Assembly (NCBI GenBank): GCA_965237415.1
Contig: CBDEFM010000002.1
Coordinates: 2,880,001 to 2,944,000, forward strand
DNA length: 64,000 nt
From: Alphaproteobacteria bacterium
GTDB taxonomy: Bacteria > Pseudomonadota > Alphaproteobacteria > UBA828
Direction of reading: 5' to 3'
Positions 57,355-64,000 of the stretch are shown here, in pieces. The translations under genes were made by a program, and so were the position numbers. Under the pieces are notes generated by a model. It ran no database searches and had not been told where the DNA came from. It was given only the letters and a program-made list of their open reading frames with translations. Positions within the stretch are counted from its first letter, which is position 1. Every line of letters starts with the position of its first letter.

Positions 57355-57990
57355 TCAGGCATTTCGCTTCCTGATCTCGTCGAGATAGTCGAGCACCCGC
57401 TCCGACGAGACGATGTCGGCGTAGCGGCGGCCGACATCGCGCAGGTTGTCCCGGTGCGGCCGCTCGTCGGCGTCGCCGACACAGTCCTCGGGCACCATGG
57501 TGCGATAGCCGTAGGAGAAGGAATCGATCACTGAGGCGCGGATGCAGCCGCTGGTCATGCAGCCCACGACGATGGTCGTGTCCACGCCGTGCTTGGTGAG
57601 GAAGGCCGTCACCGGCGTCTGGAAGAAGATCGAGGGGCCGGACTTGCGCAGGATGTAGTCGTAGTCGGGATCGGAGGTGCGGGGCTCCATCTCGGCGCAG
57701 GGGTCGCCTTCGAAGAAGTTCTCCCGTACCGGCGCGATCTTCCAGTAGGGCATGTCGCGCTCGGAGTGATAGGCGGTGTAGCAGTTGGCGACCGGCACCC
57801 GCGCCGCGCGGGCGGCCTCGAGCACCCGCGCGGTGTTCTCCACGGCGCGATGCACCAGCGGGCAGCCGCCCAAGGGAAAGCGCGGCTGGGTGAAGCCCGT
57901 CTGCAGATCGACCACGAGGATGCCCGGCCGCTCGCCGAAGCCGATCTCCATCGCGCCGTAGCCGATGTCCTGATATGTGTCGTCGCTCAT
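57355..57990 (-). CDS. Isochorismatase-family cysteine hydrolase (N-carbamoylsarcosine/maleamate amidohydrolase-like)
   Basis: GFGERPGILVVD, K.GPSIFF, GCMTSGCIRAS, VGD. Confidence 0.88.
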   Translation of the reverse strand: MSDDTYQDIGYGAMEIGFGERPGILVVDLQTGFTQPRFPLGGCPLVHRAVENTARVLEAARAARVPVANCYTAYHSERDMPYWKIAPVRENFFEGDPCAEMEPRTSDPDYDYILRKSGPSIFFQTPVTAFLTKHGVDTTIVVGCMTSGCIRASVIDSFSYGYRTMVPEDCVGDADERPHRDNLRDVGRRYADIVSSERVLDYLDEIRKRNA

Positions 57991-58025
57991 CGCGCTCCCC
58001 TTTGTTGCCGCCGCACGCCGGCCGT

Positions 58026-58829
58026 TCAGGCGGTCACCACGGCGGCACCGATGCCGTAAGGCACGAGCCAGCCCAGGCCCTCCAGCGTGCCTCCCTTGGG
58101 CCGGTACTCGCAGCCGATCCAGCCGTCGTACCCCGCCGCGTCGAGCATGTCGAAGAGGTAGGGGTAGTTGATCTCGCCCACGTCGGGCTCGTGGCGACCG
58201 GGAACGCCGGAAACCTGGATGTGGGCGATGATGTCGCGGTGCTGGGCGAAACCGACAGCCAGGCTGCCCTCCATGATCTGGCGGTGATAGAAGTCGTACT
58301 GGAGAAACAGATTCTTGCTCCCCACCGTCTCGATTACCCGCTGCGCATGGCCGGCGGTCGACAGCAGATAGCTCGGCACGTCGGTCGTGTTCAGCGGCTC
58401 GATGAGGGCACGGATGCCTTCGCGCCCGAATGCGTCCGCCGCATAGGCGAGGTTCGCGACGTAAGCCTCCTCGTACGCGCGCGGATCGGCGCCCTCGGGC
58501 ACAACGGCGGCCATCACGTGGAGCTGGCGGCAGCCCAGTGCACCGGCGTAGCGGAGCGCGCTATCGACCGAGCGGCGGAAATCGTCCTGCCTGCCGGGTA
58601 GCGCAGTGAGGCCGCGCTCGCCGGCATCCCAGTCGCCCGGCGCGAGGTTGAAGAGCGCCTGGGTCAGCCCGTTATCGTCGAGCCGGGCCGCAATCTCCGC
58701 CGGCGGCGCGAGATCGTAGGGAAACAGATACTCGACCGCCTGAAAGCCCGCGCGCCGGGCTGCCTCGAAACGGTCGAGAAATTCGAGCTCCTGGAAGAGG
58801 AAACTGAGATTGGCGGCGAACTTCGGCAT
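58026..58829 (-). CDS. Hydroxypyruvate isomerase family (2-oxo-tetronate isomerase OtnI-like)
   Basis: MPKFAANLSFLF, VEYLFPY, IEPLN, QYDFYHRQI, PGRHEP, GWIGCEY. Confidence 0.92.
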   Translation of the reverse strand: MPKFAANLSFLFQELEFLDRFEAARRAGFQAVEYLFPYDLAPPAEIAARLDDNGLTQALFNLAPGDWDAGERGLTALPGRQDDFRRSVDSALRYAGALGCRQLHVMAAVVPEGADPRAYEEAYVANLAYAADAFGREGIRALIEPLNTTDVPSYLLSTAGHAQRVIETVGSKNLFLQYDFYHRQIMEGSLAVGFAQHRDIIAHIQVSGVPGRHEPDVGEINYPYLFDMLDAAGYDGWIGCEYRPKGGTLEGLGWLVPYGIGAAVVTA

Positions 58830-58875
58830 GGTCCCTCCGGCGCCCGGCTGGCGCCGGCTCCGGCGCAAGCGCGTG

Positions 58876-59085
58876 CTAGAAGCAGCCCAGTGCGCTGCCT
58901 GCGCGCTCGATCCACATGACAAGGTATGAGTCTGTGACGCTCTGGTAGGTGTCGGCAGCCAGAGCGTCACAGGTGCTGCTGTGCGCGGCGACGAGCCCGA
59001 CGCCAAGCGCCGCTGCCGCCCCGATCAGGAGCTGGCGGCGGCCTCTGCCACGAAGCCTGCCTCGATATGCCGTCGCATCCGCCAT
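58876..59085 (-). CDS. Possible small exported/membrane peptide with twin-arginine-like motif
   Basis: 69 aa; GRRQLLIGAAAALGVGLVAA hydrophobic segment; no clear RBS. Confidence 0.4.
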   Translation of the reverse strand: MADATAYRGRLRGRGRRQLLIGAAAALGVGLVAAHSSTCDALAADTYQSVTDSYLVMWIERAGSALGCF

Positions 59086-59118
59086 CAGGGCGGCATTATG
59101 CGACGACGGGTGATTCTT

Positions 59119-59212
59119 TCATATCCCTCAAACGCCGGGCGTTCGCTCCGCTCACTTGGCTTCGCGCGTATACGCGCGCGGCGCAGTCGCGCCGTCCGGG
59201 CCTGCGGCCCGG
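59119..59212 (+). repeat. Dispersed repeat family 1, copy d
   Basis: TCATATCCCTCAAACGCCGGGCGTTCGCTCCGCTCACTTGG...GCGCGGCGCAGTCGCGCCGTCCGGGCCTGCGGCCCGG. Confidence 0.85.
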
Positions 59213-59363
59213 CCCTTCTCATGTTCTACACCTCGTCAGTCTCCGTTGTTGTGCGGCGACGCGGTCATCGCAAAGGCCGTGCAGCAGCGCCGGGCATCGT
59301 GTTTATTGAGCGCCGATGCGGCGGATCGAGTGCCGAGCGAGCGCCAGAGAGGGGGAGAAACGC

Positions 59364-59864
59364 ATGGACACACGCGAGTGGCTGATGAGCGAGCGCAATC
59401 TGGCCGACGAGCCGATCGAGAGCCTCGGCGATATAAGCGAGAGCGAGCGGGCCAATCTGGCGCTCCTGGTCAGGCAATGCCGGGGCTGGTCGAGCCAGAA
59501 CATCGACGAGGTGGTGGCCGTCATGGCCGAGGACGGGGTCTATCACGACATCACCCTGCCGGCGGCGGTGGGCCATGACGCGATCCGCGAGTTCGGCGCC
59601 GGCTGGCTCGACGCGGTGCCCGACCTCTCGCTCCATATCGAGGCGTTCTGCGTCCAGGGCAACATCGTCTGCGACATGGGCTGGATGAGCGGCACGATCA
59701 CGAAGGACTATTTCGGCCTTCCCGGCACGGGCCAGCGCTTCGACTGCCAGTTCTCCCAGATCTGCTTCGTCGAGGACGGCAAGATCAAGTATCTGCGCGG
59801 CCTCTGGAACGCGCCCGACATGTACAATCAGGTGGGCTGGGATCTGGCCGGCCTCAAGCGCTAG
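59364..59864 (+). CDS. SnoaL/NTF2-like family protein
   Basis: MAEDGVYHD, GHDAIREF, VPDL, FGLPGTGQRF, EDGKIK; GGAG RBS. Confidence 0.8.
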   Translation: MDTREWLMSERNLADEPIESLGDISESERANLALLVRQCRGWSSQNIDEVVAVMAEDGVYHDITLPAAVGHDAIREFGAGWLDAVPDLSLHIEAFCVQGNIVCDMGWMSGTITKDYFGLPGTGQRFDCQFSQICFVEDGKIKYLRGLWNAPDMYNQVGWDLAGLKR

Positions 59865-59900
59865 CGCCGGTCGGCGGGCGAAGTCGGGAGCGTAAGGGGC

Positions 59901-61133
59901 ATGGCAGCGACTGAAACCGAGGGGCGGATCGAGAGCGACGTCGTCATCGTCGGCGGCGGCCTCGTCGGCCTCACCCTCGGGGTCGCGCTCGCAGGCGCCG
60001 GGATCGAGACGACGGTCGTCGACGGCACGCGGCCTGAGGCGATGAAGGATGTCGCGTTCGACGGGCGGGTCTCCTCGATCGCGCTCGGCTCCAAGCGGGT
60101 GCTGGATGGCATCGGGCTCTGGCCGGCGCTGGCGGACGACGCCCAGCCGATCCTGGAAATACGCGTCTCCGACGGCGATGCACCGCTCTTCCTGCACTAT
60201 GACCACAAGGCCGTGGGCAGCGATCCGCTCGGCTTCATCGTCGAGAACCGGGCCATCCGCGCCGCCCTGCTCGCGCGTGCGGGCGCGCTCGCCGTGCTCC
60301 GCCACCTCGCGCCCGCCTCGGTCGAAGCACTGGAGAGCACTGCCGGCGGTATCGAGGCCCGGCTGGCCGACGGCAGGTGCCTGCGAGCGCGCCTCGCGGT
60401 CGCCGCCGACGGCGCCAATTCGGGGCTGCGGGCGGCAGCCGGGATCGAGACCGTGCGCTGGTCCTACGAGCAGACAGGCATCGTCTGCACTGTCGAGCAC
60501 GAGCGGCCGCACCGGGGCATCGCGCACGAGCGTTTTCTGCCCGCCGGGCCCTTCGCCATCCTGCCGATGACCGGCAACCGCGCCTCCCTGGTCTGGACGG
60601 AGCGGGCGGACCTCGCGCCGGCCCTGATGGAGGCCCCGCCGGCGGTCTTCGCCCGAGAGCTCGGCGCGCGCTTCGGCGACTTCCTGGGCGCGCTGGAGCC
60701 GACCGGCCCGCGCTGGAGCTATCCCCTCAACCTCACCCATGCGAAGCGCTACGTCGCGCCCCGTCTCGCGCTTGCGGGCGATGCGGCGCATGCGATCCAC
60801 CCGCTCGCCGGCCAGGGTTTCAACCTCGGAATCCGCGACGCCGCGGTGCTGGCCGAGCTTGTGGTGGACCGCGCGCGCCTCGGCCTCGACATCGGCGACG
60901 ACGACGTGCTCGTGCACTATCAGCGCCGGCGGCGCTTCGATTCGGTGGTGCTGATCGGCGTGACCGACGGGCTGAACCGGCTCTTCTCCAACGACAGTCA
61001 GAGCTTGCGCTTGATCCGCGACATCGGCCTCGCGGCGGTCAACGAGATGCCGCCGGTCAAGCGCTTCTTCATGCGCCACGCCATGGGGCTCGCGGGCGAC
61101 CTGCCGCGCCTCGCCCGCGGCGAGCCGCTTTAG
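59901..61133 (+). CDS. UbiH/UbiF/VisC/COQ6 family ubiquinone biosynthesis hydroxylase
   Basis: VIVGGGLVG, AADGANS, ERFLPAGPFAILP, GDAAHAIHPLAGQGFNLG. Confidence 0.93.
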   Translation: MAATETEGRIESDVVIVGGGLVGLTLGVALAGAGIETTVVDGTRPEAMKDVAFDGRVSSIALGSKRVLDGIGLWPALADDAQPILEIRVSDGDAPLFLHYDHKAVGSDPLGFIVENRAIRAALLARAGALAVLRHLAPASVEALESTAGGIEARLADGRCLRARLAVAADGANSGLRAAAGIETVRWSYEQTGIVCTVEHERPHRGIAHERFLPAGPFAILPMTGNRASLVWTERADLAPALMEAPPAVFARELGARFGDFLGALEPTGPRWSYPLNLTHAKRYVAPRLALAGDAAHAIHPLAGQGFNLGIRDAAVLAELVVDRARLGLDIGDDDVLVHYQRRRRFDSVVLIGVTDGLNRLFSNDSQSLRLIRDIGLAAVNEMPPVKRFFMRHAMGLAGDLPRLARGEPL

Positions 61134-61270
61134 AGCGAGTCAGTCTTCGACGGGCTCGCGACAGGCCGCGACCGCGGCCCGCCGCTCGTGCGGCGCACAT
61201 CGCGCGCCCGCGCGCGCGGACGCGCGACGGGGAGGCGCTGGCCGCAGGCCGGCTGCCGTGAGCGAAATAG
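61131..61270 (+). repeat. Dispersed repeat family 2, copy
   Basis: TAGAGCGAGTCAGTCTTCGACGGGCTCGCGACAGGCCGCGACCGCGGCC...GGCCGCAGGCCGGCTGCCGTGAGCGA; first TAG is the hydroxylase stop. Confidence 0.85.
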
Positions 61271-61273
61271 TCC

Positions 61274-62620
61274 CTACAGCCACTCCACGTAGCGGGCGCG
61301 CTCGTTGTCCGGCACCTGGCGCCGGAAGTCGTCGTACTCGTAGCGCTTGACCGTGGCGTAGTTGCGGCAGAACTCCTCGCCGAACCAGTCCTTTGCCAAG
61401 TCGGACGCCTCGAACCTGTCGAGCGCCTCGCCCCAGTCGTCGGGCAGCCGGGCTATGTCCTGCATGTCGAGGTCGCCCTCCGCCGGTGGGCCGGGGTCGG
61501 TCTTGTTGAGGATGCCGTCGAGCCCGGCGGCGAGATAGGCGGCAAGCGCGAGGTAGACGTTCACGTCGCCGCCGCAGACGCGGAGCTCCGGCCGCGTGGC
61601 GGCCGGGGATTCGTTGATGAGGCGGATCGCCGCGGTGCGGTTGTCCACGCCCCAGGCGAGCGAGATCGGCGCGAAGAGGCCGGGCACAAGCCTGCGGTAG
61701 GAGTTCGAATTGGGGAAGAAGATGGCGGTAAGCTCGGTCAGCCGCGCGAGCACGCCGCCCATGAAGTGCCGGCAGGTGTCGTTGATGTGGTGCGGCTGAT
61801 CGGGCGCCGCGAATGCGTTGTTGCCGTCCTTGTCCACCAGCGACATGTGGAAGTGGCAGGAATTGCCGGTCATCTTGTCGAACGGCTTGGCCATGAAGGT
61901 GACGCGGTTGCCCATCTGCATCGCCGCCTCCTTGGCGGTGGCGCGGAAGAGATGGCCGTTGTCGGCCATTTGGCGAACGGGCTGGTGGCAGATGCTCACC
62001 TCGTACTGGCCGGGGCCGTACTCATAGTGGCTGCATTCGAGCTCCCCGTGGGCGGCGACCGCGTCCAGCAGCGAATATTCCTCGGCGAGGAACTGGGTGC
62101 GCTTTTGCATCGAGTAGCATTGCACCCCGGAGTCCATCATCTCGTGCACGCCGTCGAGGAGGAAGAACTCGAACTCCGGCGCACAGCGGGCGTCGTAGCC
62201 CATCGTCTCCATGCGCCCGGCGACACGGTGCAGCACGTTGCGGGGGTCGCCTTCGACGAGCCGCCCGTCGGGCCAGGTGAGGGTGCCCATCACCAGCGCC
62301 GTGTCGGCCTCGTGGCGCAGGATGCGCAGGCTCGAGAGGTCGGGCACGGCGAGGAAGTCGGCGTAGCCGATGGTTTCGCCGTAGTCCGTGTTCGGCACCA
62401 CGTTGGCGGCGATGTCGAAGGCCATGACGGTGGCGCAGAAGGCGATGCCGTGGTGCAGCATGCGCTCGAAGTGGGCGACGCCCATCGCCTTGCCCCGGGC
62501 GACGCCGCCATAGTCGCCATATTCGACGCGGACGCGCTCGACGCCATTGGCGCGCAGCCAGTCGATGACCTCGTCGCTCGTGCCCGTGAAGCGCACCGGG
62601 CCGCTTGCCGCCTCGCTCAT
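61274..62620 (-). CDS. Glutamine synthetase-like gamma-glutamylamide ligase
   Basis: APEFEFFL, EYGPGQYE, TFMAKP, GNSCHFHMSL, NSYRRLVPG, WGVDNRT, ELR. Confidence 0.88.
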   Translation of the reverse strand: MSEAASGPVRFTGTSDEVIDWLRANGVERVRVEYGDYGGVARGKAMGVAHFERMLHHGIAFCATVMAFDIAANVVPNTDYGETIGYADFLAVPDLSSLRILRHEADTALVMGTLTWPDGRLVEGDPRNVLHRVAGRMETMGYDARCAPEFEFFLLDGVHEMMDSGVQCYSMQKRTQFLAEEYSLLDAVAAHGELECSHYEYGPGQYEVSICHQPVRQMADNGHLFRATAKEAAMQMGNRVTFMAKPFDKMTGNSCHFHMSLVDKDGNNAFAAPDQPHHINDTCRHFMGGVLARLTELTAIFFPNSNSYRRLVPGLFAPISLAWGVDNRTAAIRLINESPAATRPELRVCGGDVNVYLALAAYLAAGLDGILNKTDPGPPAEGDLDMQDIARLPDDWGEALDRFEASDLAKDWFGEEFCRNYATVKRYEYDDFRRQVPDNERARYVEWL

Positions 62621-63265
62621 TCCTCGACGCTCCCGTTCCTCGGCTCGCGGTGGCGTACCATAACGGCAGAGGCGCACACGCTCAAAGCGGTGACGGTGTG
62701 GGCGCTGCCTGGCGTGCGCGCGGGCACGGGCCCAATGATCCTGATGCACGAGGCCCGCCGCCGCCTCGGCGAGGGGCGCACGGGCACAAGGTGATCGTCG
62801 CGCGTCAGCCCCGGCCGGCGCGACCATCCTCGCTCTATTGAGCCCTCGCGACTCGCATCGCTTTCGTCGACCGTAACTCTGCCTGTACACTGCCGATTGC
62901 CGCAGATTGCGCTACGGGGATGCGCCGTCCGCTGGATACCCACAACCCGCGGAGTACTCTCTCTCGTTTGCCACAAACCCTCATGCTTCACCCCCGGTGC
63001 CCATGGTCGCGACGGCATTTCTCGGGTGACCGGCGGTGGAAGCGTCAGCACCTTGGCAGCCCTCGCTTGTCGTCGGGCTCCGCATTGGTTCCAGTGATCT
63101 GACAGTTCCCCGGTAGCTTCGCAGCGGCGGTGTCTCACCGATGAACGTCTCCTTCTCCGAAGCAGCCTGCGCCGCCTGCGAAGGCGGTGAGGCGAACGTC
63201 ATGGCGCCGCCGGGCGCCGATGCCGCGCCGCGCCGGGGCCACGCCGCCATGTTCGGGAACGAGTG

Positions 63266-64000
63266 ATGGAACTGCTCGCGGGCGTCGTGGGCGGGCTCGG
63301 CCTGTTCATCGTCGGAATGTGGTTCCTGACCGAGAACCTCAAGAAGCTCGCGAGCCGGCGGCTGCGCCGGAATGCGCAGCGCTGGACCACCAACCCGCTT
63401 GCGGCGCTCTTCTGGGGACTGCTGGGCGGCGGCATCACCCAGAGCATGAGCGCATTGACCTTCATCGCGGTGAGCATCCTGCGGTCGCGGCTGATCACCT
63501 TGAAGGGTGCGCTCGCCATGATCCTGGGCGGCGGTGTCGGCGTGACGGGCCTCGTCATGATCGCCACCTTCGATATCAAGATGCTCGCGCTCTATGTCGT
63601 CGGGATCGCGGGTGCCGTGGTGGCCACCGAGAGGCTCTCGAGATTCCGGGCTATCGCGGGGTCGTTCCTCGGCGGGGGCATGGTCATCCTCGGCCTGGTG
63701 ATTGTCAGGGAGGCTGCGGCGCCGCTTGCCGACGAGCCCTGGTTCCGGGACTTGATGCTGGGAACCGGGAACTCAATGGTTCTTGCCTTTTTCGTCGCGG
63801 CCCTGCTGACGTTCATCGTGCAGTCCTCGGGCGCGGTCTCCGTCTTCGGGATCAGCCTGGCGGCGGTCGATATCATCTCCGTCGACCAGGCCATCATGAT
63901 CGTCTACGGCAGCTTTATCGGCTCAAGTGCGATCATTTACGTACTGTCCGCCAATCTGAGAGGCCGCTCGCGCCAGCTCGCCATGTATATGGTGATCCAC
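63266..64000 (+). CDS. Na/Pi cotransporter family protein (3' truncated by window edge)
   Basis: Not in the ORF track because it has no stop in the window; MELLAGVVGGLGLFIVGMWFLTENLK, ITQSMSA and second repeat IVQSSGA. Confidence 0.85.
   Translation, partial: MELLAGVVGGLGLFIVGMWFLTENLKKLASRRLRRNAQRWTTNPLAALFWGLLGGGITQSMSALTFIAVSILRSRLITLKGALAMILGGGVGVTGLVMIATFDIKMLALYVVGIAGAVVATERLSRFRAIAGSFLGGGMVILGLVIVREAAAPLADEPWFRDLMLGTGNSMVLAFFVAALLTFIVQSSGAVSVFGISLAAVDIISVDQAIMIVYGSFIGSSAIIYVLSANLRGRSRQLAMYMVIH

Noticed and set aside
62980-63140. Cobalamin riboswitch-like words on the minus strand (GGGGAACTGT, CACTGG)
   Set aside because: B12 box and core helices not found; adjacent genes unrelated to B12

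Overview
High-GC alphaproteobacterial chromosomal segment. TrcR/DUF1013 and DUF1192 support the class assignment; a Spondin_N protein and a vanadium haloperoxidase hint at a marine, possibly sponge-associated, organism (inference). Core genes: rpmB, hslVU, upp, trcR, a ubiH/L-type hydroxylase and tRNA-Val(GAC). Most of the rest is organic-nitrogen uptake and catabolism: betaine/proline and urea/amide-type ABC transporters, a fused hydantoinase A/B with a small Cys4 partner, a four-subunit sarcosine oxidase/N-methylglutamate dehydrogenase, ald-mmsA, three nitrilase-family amidases, a Zn ureidopropionase, an amidase, an isochorismatase-family enzyme, a hydroxyproline epimerase and a GS-like ligase. 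Accessory elements: one IS481-family element, a low-GC orphan gene, a frameshifted nagA, a DUF1295 remnant and three dispersed intergenic repeat families (4, 3 and 5 copies). Ends of two of these families often coincide with stop codons. The best candidate for an undescribed system is a two-gene module at 12478-14899: a Tat-exported lipoprotein vanadium haloperoxidase followed 4 nt later by an outer-membrane porin. No CRISPR array or rRNA was seen. All product calls come from motif recognition by eye; no database searches were run.
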